Assembly: GCA_048937405.1 (NCBI GenBank)
Contig: JBHLNF010000002.1
Span: 480,001 to 544,000 of the forward strand
DNA from: Promethearchaeota archaeon
Lineage (GTDB): Archaea > Asgardarchaeota > Lokiarchaeia > Sigyniarchaeales > SOKP01
Length of the DNA stretch: 64,000 bases
Direction: 5' to 3'
The position numbers and the translations under genes were made by a program. The notes under the pieces were generated by a model that saw nothing but the letters and a program-made list of their open reading frames with translations, did no database searches and had not been told where the DNA came from. Below are positions 41,336 to 50,648 of the stretch, piece after piece; within the stretch, counting starts at the first letter, position 1; every line of letters starts with the position of its first letter.

Positions 41336-41971
41336 TTATTTTCCCTTTTCTAATAAAAGATAAATTTTTCTCTTTTTTGCGCTATTAGGATTATCTATTA
41401 TAAAGTTTCCATTAAAATCTGTTTTTTCAGCTATAATTTTGCCGATTCTATCTAAAATGTTTTTGTTTTTTGGATAAAATTGAATTATAACACGAGAATT
41501 AGGTTTTAAAATATTAAAAAAGGATTTAGACAAATTTATTAAATCCTTTTTCATTTGTTCATTGTTAATATCTCTATATATCCATTGTAATGCTGAGATA
41601 GATATAATTGCATCAAATGTGTTCGGTTTAAATGGAGGAAAGCACATATCTGATACAATTGGATTTAAATCTTTTATATCATAATAATTTAAAAATGAAC
41701 AAATAAGATCGATAGCCACTGTTTTATATCCTATCTCATTTAAATACATAGAAGCAAAACCTGGGCCACAACCAGCGTCTAAGATTATTGCATTACGTTT
41801 TTCAAGATTTAAAAGTTCTAAAACCCTGATCGTAATTTTTTCCTGTGTTTTTATTATACTTTTAGAGTTAGCATATTGTTTAAGAATATCTCCTTTAAAG
41901 TAATCTGAGACCTCAGAATATATCTCTTCTGGTCTTTCTCTCTTAACGTTAAAATCGTAATTGTTATTCAA
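41336..41971 (-). CDS. Class I SAM methyltransferase, Bud23/WBSCR22-like
   Basis: RPEEIY, ILDAGCGPG, FDAIISISALQW, QFYPKN, IIDNPNSAKKRKIYLLL. Confidence 0.8.
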   Translation of the reverse strand: MNNNYDFNVKRERPEEIYSEVSDYFKGDILKQYANSKSIIKTQEKITIRVLELLNLEKRNAIILDAGCGPGFASMYLNEIGYKTVAIDLICSFLNYYDIKDLNPIVSDMCFPPFKPNTFDAIISISALQWIYRDINNEQMKKDLINLSKSFFNILKPNSRVIIQFYPKNKNILDRIGKIIAEKTDFNGNFIIDNPNSAKKRKIYLLLEKGK

Positions 41972-42119
41972 TTTCTATTGAATTTTACTATTTTATTCAG
42001 GTGTTCAATGCTGAAATTAAATTTTCAATAATAAAACAAAAATTTTATTAAATTTTAAATATTTATAATTTCATTCAGCTAATATTCTTTAAAATTTTTA
42101 AAATTCAAATTGATTAATT

Positions 42120-42419
42120 GTGTCGGATAGAGAAGAAAAGCAAATAGTCAGAAAAGCTACTCTAAATCTAAGAAGAAAATATGGAAGAACAAAACAGATA
42201 AATATAGTTGAACGGGATTCATTTATACCAAAAAATCTTGAAAATGAGATAAAGGAAGGTATTTTGAAAAAAAAAACTATTTTAGCAACGGATATCGCAT
42301 TGAAATATGATATAAGAGTTTCAACAATAAAATTACTTTTGAAACAATATGAAGAAGAAGGATTAATCAAACTACTTGATCCATCTTTAAAATTAAAAAT
42401 ATATGTTCCATCATCTTAA
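42120..42419 (+). CDS. rps25e: Ribosomal protein eS25-like
   Basis: Basic N-terminus plus winged helix ATDIALKYDIRVSTIKLLLKQYEEEGLIK...KIY. Confidence 0.7.
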   Translation: MSDREEKQIVRKATLNLRRKYGRTKQINIVERDSFIPKNLENEIKEGILKKKTILATDIALKYDIRVSTIKLLLKQYEEEGLIKLLDPSLKLKIYVPSS

Positions 42420-42573
42420 AAATAATAATCTATTACCTCTGATCCTATATTCAAAAAGAAATTAATGAATTTTCTTTTCCGGATTTAGAAAGGAAATAGA
42501 TTTATATATCAAAGGTTTTAAGATCATTAATATATTGTATTAAAATGGCCCTAAATTTTTTCATTTTTTTAGA

Positions 42574-42678
42574 GCAGATGTAGCCTAGCTGGTAAGACGC
42601 CGGCCTCGAGCATTATAAATAATAATCAAGAAAGCCGGTGCGCGTAAGCGCTCGGGGGTTCAATTCCCTCCATCTGCG
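42574..42678 (+). tRNA. tRNA-Ser(CGA) with 22-nt intron at 37/38 (42611-42632)
   Basis: Acceptor GCAGATG/CATCTGC with G discriminator; anticodon stem CCGGC/GCCGG; CGA at 42607-09; long variable arm; GGTTCAATTCC T-arm; BHB-type intron. Confidence 0.92.
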
Positions 42679-42690
42679 TATTTTTTGAAT

Positions 42691-43626
42691 TTATTGAATT
42701 ATCTGATGTATTAAATTCTCCATTTGAGGCTTTGCAGCTTCAATTTTATCTAGAATACTGATTGTTTTTTTTAAATCTGACTTATCTTCTTCTACAATGA
42801 ATAATAAATAGAACTCCAAATTGCCAAAATTAAGAACTTCAATTATACCGGAAAATCTCTTTCCATTTTCAAATTTATCTGAAAATTCTAAAAGAGTCCT
42901 ATTTTCATTTACAACCCGTTTGTGCAATTCGATATATATTTCATATATCTTTAATTTCTCCGACAAGTGAAGATGGGGTCTATAATATTCCCCTAAAGTT
43001 ATACCCTTTGCATCAAATAATGCAATTAAAATAGAGTTATAATTCTTACTTAATTCTGAAAATAATTGAGACACCATTTCCATTTTTTCAAATAACATTG
43101 ATAGACCACTTGAGAAAGCATCCATAACGGATTTTATATCATAAATTGTGGTTTCAAAGAAAAATATATCAAATGCATTTGAATATCTTGTTAATGCCTG
43201 CTTTAATGTAAGAATCCGTTTATTTATATCTTTATCATCAACAAGTTGAGGATCAAATTTATGAAAAAGAATACATATTGGTATATATTCTTGTTCTTCT
43301 TTAAAAAAGAGTAATATTTCCTCTAAATAATCAATAGATTCAATATAACGATTAAAATCCTGAGCGTCTATAACATAATAAAGCAGATCTGTTCCCATTA
43401 GATACTTTTCTGGATGTTTTAAATATTCTTCCCTATATTGCTTCTGACCTCCAAAATCCATCCTTGCAAATTCAATACCTAAAAATTTGAAAGAATCACG
43501 AGCAATTCTTCTTGTAGGTGTTAAGGTAGCAATCTCTTCTTCAAAACCGAAACGTTTTGTTATTGCAGTTATTATACTGGTTTTTCCAGCATTATCTAAG
43601 CCCATTACACCAATTCTTTTTGTTAT
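42691..43626 (-). CDS. Rag/Arf-like small GTPase with C-terminal roadblock/longin-like domain; probable ATA start
   Basis: (I)TKRIGVMGLDNAGKT, DFGGQ, HKFD, ETTI; AGGTGA SD 6 nt before ATA 43626. Confidence 0.85.
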   Translation of the reverse strand: MTKRIGVMGLDNAGKTSIITAITKRFGFEEEIATLTPTRRIARDSFKFLGIEFARMDFGGQKQYREEYLKHPEKYLMGTDLLYYVIDAQDFNRYIESIDYLEEILLFFKEEQEYIPICILFHKFDPQLVDDKDINKRILTLKQALTRYSNAFDIFFFETTIYDIKSVMDAFSSGLSMLFEKMEMVSQLFSELSKNYNSILIALFDAKGITLGEYYRPHLHLSEKLKIYEIYIELHKRVVNENRTLLEFSDKFENGKRFSGIIEVLNFGNLEFYLLFIVEEDKSDLKKTISILDKIEAAKPQMENLIHQIIQ

Positions 43627-43775
43627 ATTTAATCACCTTATTTCGATTTTAAACAGTTTTTATTGAACCTTCTTCTAAATTATGCAATATTAAAAACTAT
43701 TAATAAATAATCACTTTTGTAAAAAAAAAAAGATGATATTAATATTTAAGCTTAATGTTTAAGAAAACAATCGTA

Positions 43776-44057
43776 TTATCCTCCGGATAAAGGATAAGAG
43801 AAATAAAGATCATCTCCATTCTTAAGTCTTGTTTTATAATTTTTTAGATATTTAATATTACGACCGTTCAATAGTATCAGAATGTGGGTATTAAGTTTCT
43901 GTTTTTTCTTATCTAATAATTCGTCATCAAGTTTGTCTCCATATTCTTTTATAAATTGAGAAATTATACTTCCAACAGTATTACCCTCATACTCTAAAGT
44001 TCTTTTGTTAATTCTAAGATGAAAAATATTTAATAAGTGCAATTTCACTTTAACCAT
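43776..44057 (-). CDS. MoaD/ThiS/SAMP-type ubiquitin-like protein
   Basis: ILLNGRNI...LKNGDDL...PLSGG with C-terminal diglycine. Confidence 0.9.
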   Translation of the reverse strand: MVKVKLHLLNIFHLRINKRTLEYEGNTVGSIISQFIKEYGDKLDDELLDKKKQKLNTHILILLNGRNIKYLKNYKTRLKNGDDLYFSYPLSGG

Positions 44058-44215
44058 ATAACAATCCCTATATTATTAGATCACTTAGATTCAATATCCA
44101 TTTTAAGCTAAATCTTTATTTTAATAAAAAAATATGACATATAAGTTTATTTTATCTCTAAAATATAAATATAAATATATTCAGAGTATTTTTTAGAAAT
44201 TCCCTCAATTCCCTA

Positions 44216-45811
44216 TTATATAAAAATATTAATATTATAATTACCAACAATTTGCGCTTTTCCAGTCTTTATATTATGTTCCTTTATAACCACATTACCT
44301 TTTTCGTATATTTCAATCTCAATAAAAGTTTCATCAAAGCGTTTAGGGTTAAGATTTCCTCCATTTGAAAAAACGGTATGATCAATTTTAACATTAAATG
44401 AGATACTAGGGGAGCTATTTAAACATAGATCTATTTGAGAACGTGCAAATTGAGAAAGAACATCTCCTGAATCTATTAACTCTGTCCGCCATACACTTAA
44501 TGGAGTAGGAATTAAGCTATGAAAACAAGAAACTCCAAAGATCTTTTGATGACTAAGAGATAAAACTTTTTCAATAAATCTATTCAACTTCTTTCGGCCT
44601 ATGAATCCATCAGTAGAATCGCGAGTTGTAGAGTTTAATCCTTGAAAATATATCATATCATTTTCAAATAAGGGATCAGGTTCATCAAAGTAATTATTCC
44701 AATAGTTCCAAGCAGGTGGTTTCGAATCTGTATATCCAGGTACAATTAAATAGGGGTATTTCAGTTCACTTATTTTATCTCTTGCAATTCTAAATTCATC
44801 CTTGTAGCTATTTTGAGTTACGTTACCAGTGTGTACCACCAAATCTACATTTGCTAATTCATTTATTTTCTTTACAGCTCTATCCAAATTAGTTATTTCA
44901 TTTTCTAAATTCTCATTAATTAATGAATTTGACATTTGTATAAATCTACAAATAGGATGTTGACCTTTTTCTATAACTAATGGAAGATAATAATTTACTT
45001 GGCGTTGAATTTTATGTTTAGAATTTGAATTTAATATTGGAATTATTTTAAATGTAAGATTGTTTTGATAAATATCAATAATTGAGTATGTAAATAATTC
45101 CCGATATCTAGTTTTATTACAACAGAATGTTCCCGCATTAAAAATATATAAATCTTTATCACTACTACTTACGGTATAAAGATTTGAAATATGTCTATGA
45201 CCATTCAAGACTAAGTCTGTTTTTGTGTCTAAAAGCATCTTTAGCATATCTCCTGAATCTTCTATAGCAGATCTCTCTTTTCCAGTATTTGGAATTGGTA
45301 TTAATTGATGGTGAAAGCATACAATTTTGAATTTATTTTCTCTTTCTGGTTTTTCTAACCTTTTTTTAATGGCATCTATTACATTATGATGAATAATTCC
45401 ACCAGGTAAGTCTGGCTTAGTACTATCTATTCCAATTACATAAACTTCATCATCTTCATATTCATAGTGCCTCCTTCCAATCATCTCCTCAAAAAGTAAA
45501 TACCCTACATTCATTGCATCATGATTCCCTATTAAGATCATCAGAGGACATTTTGAAGAAGGCTTAAATTTTGCAAATTGTTCCATGGCATACTCATATT
45601 CTAAAAGAGTGCCAGTATGTGTGATATCTCCTAGATGTAAATAAAGATCAACATTTTTAATCTTATTAATTTGTTCAATACCTAAATTATACGCGTGGAG
45701 ATTAAAAGCGCCCATTCCTCTACTGATATGAGTATCTGAAATAATTACAAATCTCTTTTTTGATTTATATTTCTCTTCTGATTTTGTTTTAGTACTTCTT
45801 TCAACATTCAT
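44216..45811 (-). CDS. Tandem calcineurin-like metallophosphoesterase (second domain degenerate)
   Basis: Domain 1 has DTH, GD, GNHD, HH and GHRH; domain 2 has SNS, GN, GYTD and SSPS at the equivalent sites. Confidence 0.88.
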   Translation of the reverse strand: MNVERSTKTKSEEKYKSKKRFVIISDTHISRGMGAFNLHAYNLGIEQINKIKNVDLYLHLGDITHTGTLLEYEYAMEQFAKFKPSSKCPLMILIGNHDAMNVGYLLFEEMIGRRHYEYEDDEVYVIGIDSTKPDLPGGIIHHNVIDAIKKRLEKPERENKFKIVCFHHQLIPIPNTGKERSAIEDSGDMLKMLLDTKTDLVLNGHRHISNLYTVSSSDKDLYIFNAGTFCCNKTRYRELFTYSIIDIYQNNLTFKIIPILNSNSKHKIQRQVNYYLPLVIEKGQHPICRFIQMSNSLINENLENEITNLDRAVKKINELANVDLVVHTGNVTQNSYKDEFRIARDKISELKYPYLIVPGYTDSKPPAWNYWNNYFDEPDPLFENDMIYFQGLNSTTRDSTDGFIGRKKLNRFIEKVLSLSHQKIFGVSCFHSLIPTPLSVWRTELIDSGDVLSQFARSQIDLCLNSSPSISFNVKIDHTVFSNGGNLNPKRFDETFIEIEIYEKGNVVIKEHNIKTGKAQIVGNYNINIFI

Positions 45812-45817
45812 TTTTGC

Positions 45818-46555
45818 TTATTTTTCTTTTAATTTTGCTGGATGACCCATATAGATAGAATTTTCTTTTAATATCTCATTAAAATTTGTATATGAGTGAG
45901 CAGATAATTTTACATTACGTTTAATATAAGTACCTGGTAGTAATACACATTTGGCACCGATAATTGTATCATCCTCTACTACTATTTTCCTTAAAATAAA
46001 CTTATCTTGTTCTATCCCAAAACTCAATAGCGTACTATTCATTCCAATAATTACATTTTTACCTATAGATACAAATTCAGAAGAGATCCAGCTATTATCG
46101 TGTATTCCGTTTTTTCCAATTTTCACTCCAAAAAATCGGAGTGTAAAACGATTTTTAAACCAAGGGAAAGGATTTGAAGCAGTTATAAAAAGCGGCCATT
46201 TTTTAACAATATTTCTTAAATTCCAGTAAAAATAGGCCTTATCTTTTAAATTTCTTTTAAAACTTCCCTCTTTTGGAACATAAATTAATTTTATAACAGT
46301 TAAAAATAAAATAGAAATTAAAATTGCACTAAACTGTAGAATATAAATTAATAATATGATGTTTAAAGGCAAAAGAAAAAAGAATAATAAATAGACTCCA
46401 TTTCTCCAGAAAATATCTAAATACCCAATTTCAAATGTAACACATGGTATAATGCTTAAAATAATGATGATAAAATAGAGAATGAGATACTTATTTCTAA
46501 GTCTTTCATCTATAGGCGTTGGAGAATCTCCTTTTAAGCTCGCTGGCTGAAACAT
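45818..46555 (-). CDS. Membrane-anchored hexapeptide-repeat (LbH) acyltransferase-like protein
   Basis: Two TM segments; FGVKIGKN, IGKNVIIG, TIIGAKCVLLPG, GHPAK. Confidence 0.8.
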   Translation of the reverse strand: MFQPASLKGDSPTPIDERLRNKYLILYFIIIILSIIPCVTFEIGYLDIFWRNGVYLLFFFLLPLNIILLIYILQFSAILISILFLTVIKLIYVPKEGSFKRNLKDKAYFYWNLRNIVKKWPLFITASNPFPWFKNRFTLRFFGVKIGKNGIHDNSWISSEFVSIGKNVIIGMNSTLLSFGIEQDKFILRKIVVEDDTIIGAKCVLLPGTYIKRNVKLSAHSYTNFNEILKENSIYMGHPAKLKEK

Positions 46556-46558
46556 TTT

Positions 46559-47425
46559 TTATTTATTGACCCCGATTTTATTTTTATTTGAATTATCAAT
46601 TTTTACAGCAGATTTACCCTTAATTCTTTCTGCTTTTTCTTGTGATTCTTCTAATGATTGAATTTGAAGTGTTTTACTCACTGGAGTTCCAATATGAATT
46701 AAATCTCCCTCAAGTACTTGGTTAACCCATGTATAACTATTTACTCCTAAAATGGCACCATCTTGAAGTATAGTTCCGGGACTAATGATGGTTTGAGGTC
46801 CAACAATGCAAGTTTTCCCTATTTTTACCTTCTTAATTAAAATTTTATCATGATAAATAAGGTGGGAAAATATGCAAATGTTTAGAGAGGTCATTGTATA
46901 ATCTTCAATCTCTATAAATTCAGGATCTATATATCCTTCATACGCAACAACATTTCTTCCAACGGATACTCCAAAAAGACGATAAACAAAAATATCAGAC
47001 CAAGGGAGTGGTAAGGATCTTGCTAGCCAAATTGGAAAGTAAGCTGTCCAAAATCGTCGATGGGTATATTTCCATTCCTTACTACCCTTTTCAAAAACAC
47101 CTTCTTTTGGAGGATAAAATTTATTTAAAAGTTGAAAAATTACTGTAGAAAATAAAATAATTGAAAACGCAAATAATAACAAATTGCCATAAATATTTAA
47201 TGGGAGCAGTATCCATTCCCACCATTGACCGATTAGTACAAACGATAAGAATCTCTTTCCTGTGAGAAGAAAATATAGATCATTATAGAACCACAAATTA
47301 ATTGAAATTACTACGAAAGATCCAATAAACAACTGTAAGATCACAATTAATGTAAATGGTGTCTTATATACACCTGAAGTTGAAATGTATTCGATATCGA
47401 ATTGTGAATTATCAATATTTTCCAT
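46559..47425 (-). CDS. Membrane-anchored LbH acyltransferase-like protein (paralog)
   Basis: Two TM segments; PKEG motif shared with the neighbour; VKIGKTCIVGPQTIISPG. Confidence 0.8.
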   Translation of the reverse strand: MENIDNSQFDIEYISTSGVYKTPFTLIVILQLFIGSFVVISINLWFYNDLYFLLTGKRFLSFVLIGQWWEWILLPLNIYGNLLLFAFSIILFSTVIFQLLNKFYPPKEGVFEKGSKEWKYTHRRFWTAYFPIWLARSLPLPWSDIFVYRLFGVSVGRNVVAYEGYIDPEFIEIEDYTMTSLNICIFSHLIYHDKILIKKVKIGKTCIVGPQTIISPGTILQDGAILGVNSYTWVNQVLEGDLIHIGTPVSKTLQIQSLEESQEKAERIKGKSAVKIDNSNKNKIGVNK

Positions 47426-47674
47426 TATGTTCCTCAGAATTCAAACAAGATTCCTTTATAATAAATTATAATTGTGAAAATAATTCAATCATCATATTTA
47501 TTTCTAGTATTTCATTTTCAAAATTAAAAATATTCAAAAATTTAATACACTATGATTTATATATTATTAATAAATTTAATTCATAAAATCAATTCAACTA
47601 ACAAAAAAAATTCAATAAGGTGAAATATAATTAGTATTGACTGGGCAAAGGCAGAAGAAAAACCCGATAAGAAA

Positions 47675-48490
47675 ATGTCCGTTGAAGGCAGAGTCTTACT
47701 GGATCTCAGAGCTAAAGTTAATGACTTGGAAAAACAATTAACCGAAAACAAGAATGAATTAGCTCAAACAAAAGATCAACTTGCTGATACAATGAATTCA
47801 CTTGATGAGACTCAATCCAAATTAGAACAGACTGATAATAAACTTCAAAAGGTTATTTCAGAAGATCAAGAAGTTATAAAAAACCTGAATACTGAAAATA
47901 ATGAACTTAAGCAAGAACTAGCAGAATTTAAAAGCAAAACTGAAGATCTTGAAAATAATTTGTCTCTTAATGAATCTAAGGTTTCTGAATCTGAGGAAAA
48001 AATAACAAATTTAACATCAGAATTAGATAGTGCTAAAGAGAAAATTTCAAGTTTAGAATCTGAAATGGAAGAAGCTAATAATAATTTATCAACAATGACT
48101 CCCGAGTTTGAAGAATTAAAATCTAAATTAGCAACAGCCCAAGGAGAAATCACTCAGTTAAATTCGCAATTGAGTGAATTAAACAGTACACTTTTACAAA
48201 GGGATAATCAACTCCAAGCATTAACAGATCAACTCAATGAAAAAGAACAAGTTTTGGAATCAACATCAGAACACCTTCATGAAGTAGAATCAGAATTAGA
48301 AGAGTTAAAACCACCAGAAATAGGTGCTGGAGGATTTGCCAGCGATGAACGTATTACTTGCCCCATGTGCGGAGCTGTAGGTGGTGATATAAAAACTGTT
48401 GAAGATAAAGGCAAAGTTTTAAGTTATGTTGGCCATATTCCAATGTATGCAAAGAAACATGTTTGTAAAAAATGTGGTTATGAATTCTAA
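47675..48490 (+). CDS. Long coiled-coil protein with C-terminal Zn ribbon
   Basis: About 200 aa of heptads, then CPMC...CKKCGYEF. Confidence 0.8.
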   Translation: MSVEGRVLLDLRAKVNDLEKQLTENKNELAQTKDQLADTMNSLDETQSKLEQTDNKLQKVISEDQEVIKNLNTENNELKQELAEFKSKTEDLENNLSLNESKVSESEEKITNLTSELDSAKEKISSLESEMEEANNNLSTMTPEFEELKSKLATAQGEITQLNSQLSELNSTLLQRDNQLQALTDQLNEKEQVLESTSEHLHEVESELEELKPPEIGAGGFASDERITCPMCGAVGGDIKTVEDKGKVLSYVGHIPMYAKKHVCKKCGYEF

Positions 48491-48686
48491 GTGATTTTAT
48501 TACAATTCTCTTTTTTCTTTTCTAATATTATAATTTTAATCTCCTCATTTTTATTAAGCTGAATAATTCAACAGTTTTAGTATTCAATTTTTAAGATCAA
48601 TCTCAAACCATTATAGCTAGTTTTTTGATATATCTCTACAATAAACAGAATTAAAATAATTAAAAGAAATTTTAAAATTAAAATTG

Positions 48687-50648
48687 CTAATTCAATTTGG
48701 ATAAAATTTTACGTTTTTTAACAATTACGATTACAATTATACTTAGAAATCCGAATAAGAGATGATAGTTACCAAAGGGGATTCTAAAACGACCTCCAGC
48801 TCCAAATCTAGCGGTCTCAATTTCTACTCTAACGGTATCAGAAATCCCAAAAACATATTCATTATCATGGTATTCAATAGAGTAATCATAAATTCCTGTA
48901 GTAGTACTATTAATAGGAACTTGAATAATTGTTTCGTTGAGCCAACCCTGCCAATCCTGCCATACAATAGAATGCCCAGTAGAATCATTAACCAATACTC
49001 GAAAAAATCCATTTTCAGAGTCATCATATATAGTCCAATTTATTAGTTCGTCATCATTTTCTTCAATTGATATATCTTTCGGGTGGTTTGAGGTTGGAAT
49101 ATTATTTTCACCCATCCATTGAAGATTTCCATCAGAATCAACTCTTTGTGCATAAATATCACTTTCGGGTGTAATATCACCCCACATATCTAACTTACCA
49201 GTTCTAGAATCCTCCCACGTAATTATTGCTCCACCCTGACCATCAGCAACTATACCAGGTTGTTTTTGATCATAAAGAGCTGTAGCAATTGGAATACCAT
49301 TTGTAGTCCATTGTATATTTCCATTTGAATCGATTCGTTGAGCATAAATGTCACTGTAAAATTCTTCTGATCTTTCATCCTCCCATGTAATTATTCCACC
49401 TCCCACTCCATCACTGCACATTTGAATATTTTCTTTGGTAGCATTTACGGTGCATATAGCTACGCCATTAGTAGTCCATAATATAGTTCCGCTTGGATCA
49501 ATTCGTTGAGCATAAATGTCATAAATGCCTGATCTTGTATCTTGCCAAGTAATTAATGCACCTCCTACTCCATCACTACAGATTTTCATATCATAAATAT
49601 AATCTCCTGAAATTGAACATATTTCAACTCCATCTGTAGTCCATTGACCACCTCCAGTTGAATTGATTCTCTGAGCATAAATACTAATACCGTCAAGATA
49701 TAATCTATGATCAATCCAAGCAATTATTGCGCCGTTATTATCATCACTACAAATTTCAGGACTAAATTGATCATAATAATGAGTACATACAGGTTCACCG
49801 TTAGCTGTCCAATTAATACCTCCAGAAGAATTAATTCGTTGAGCGTATATTTCTTGCTTATCACCACCGCTAAGTCTCTTATCATCCCAAGCTATAATTG
49901 CCCCACCCTCTCCATCGCTACAAATTGCTGGATCTCCTTGACCAATACCTGCTATACATATTGCTTCCCCATTAGACGTCCATTGAACCTGTCCTGTAGA
50001 ATTAACTCTTTGAGCATAGATGTGTGGATTATATTCTTGCCTGCGATCCGTCCAAACGGCAATTACTCCCCCATTTTCATCACTACATAAAACAGTTTTA
50101 TGAATGTCTAGGGATGATTCTTCATTCGCATCACAGATTTCAACCCTCAACCCTGACCAGAGTCTTCCCCCATTTGGACTGATATGCATTCCATAAATAT
50201 CAGGATCATATTCTCCCCAGGATATATACTGATAAATATCCCAAGTGAAAACAAAACCACCATAACCATCACTCAATATTTCAAGGTTATATGCATCACC
50301 CATATCTACTGGTAACCCTTTTTCCCACCAAAGTAGATTTCCATCAGGATCAATACGTTGTGCAAAAACATCATTTCCCGCATCATTTCGTAAATCATAC
50401 CACGCTATTATAGCGCCTCCTGCCCTATCGGTAGTTATTTTTGGTCTTGATTGATCACGAACTTTGCTGCATATGGATATTCCATTTTCTGATGGAGCAG
50501 AAATCATTAAATTTGCCTCATCATCAAGATTTACATTTATATCATAAGTAAATTGATTAAAACTTGCATAATAACTTATAAACATAGAAAATCCTAGTAG
50601 AACGGCAACAATTAGGAAAAATTTTCCTTTTTTAAATTCAGATTTCAT
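48687..50648 (-). CDS. Secreted beta-propeller-type repeat protein with C-terminal membrane anchor
   Basis: About 8 repeats of SDGxGGAIIxWxDxR...IYAQRI; C-terminal IPFG, TM and basic tail. Confidence 0.85.
   Translation of the reverse strand: MKSEFKKGKFFLIVAVLLGFSMFISYYASFNQFTYDINVNLDDEANLMISAPSENGISICSKVRDQSRPKITTDRAGGAIIAWYDLRNDAGNDVFAQRIDPDGNLLWWEKGLPVDMGDAYNLEILSDGYGGFVFTWDIYQYISWGEYDPDIYGMHISPNGGRLWSGLRVEICDANEESSLDIHKTVLCSDENGGVIAVWTDRRQEYNPHIYAQRVNSTGQVQWTSNGEAICIAGIGQGDPAICSDGEGGAIIAWDDKRLSGGDKQEIYAQRINSSGGINWTANGEPVCTHYYDQFSPEICSDDNNGAIIAWIDHRLYLDGISIYAQRINSTGGGQWTTDGVEICSISGDYIYDMKICSDGVGGALITWQDTRSGIYDIYAQRIDPSGTILWTTNGVAICTVNATKENIQMCSDGVGGGIITWEDERSEEFYSDIYAQRIDSNGNIQWTTNGIPIATALYDQKQPGIVADGQGGAIITWEDSRTGKLDMWGDITPESDIYAQRVDSDGNLQWMGENNIPTSNHPKDISIEENDDELINWTIYDDSENGFFRVLVNDSTGHSIVWQDWQGWLNETIIQVPINSTTTGIYDYSIEYHDNEYVFGISDTVRVEIETARFGAGGRFRIPFGNYHLLFGFLSIIVIVIVKKRKILSKLN

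Noticed and set aside
42574-42678. tRNA-Sec or tRNA-Leu(CAA)
   Set aside because: The anticodon is CGA with a 7-bp acceptor stem and G discriminator; the CAA lies inside the intron
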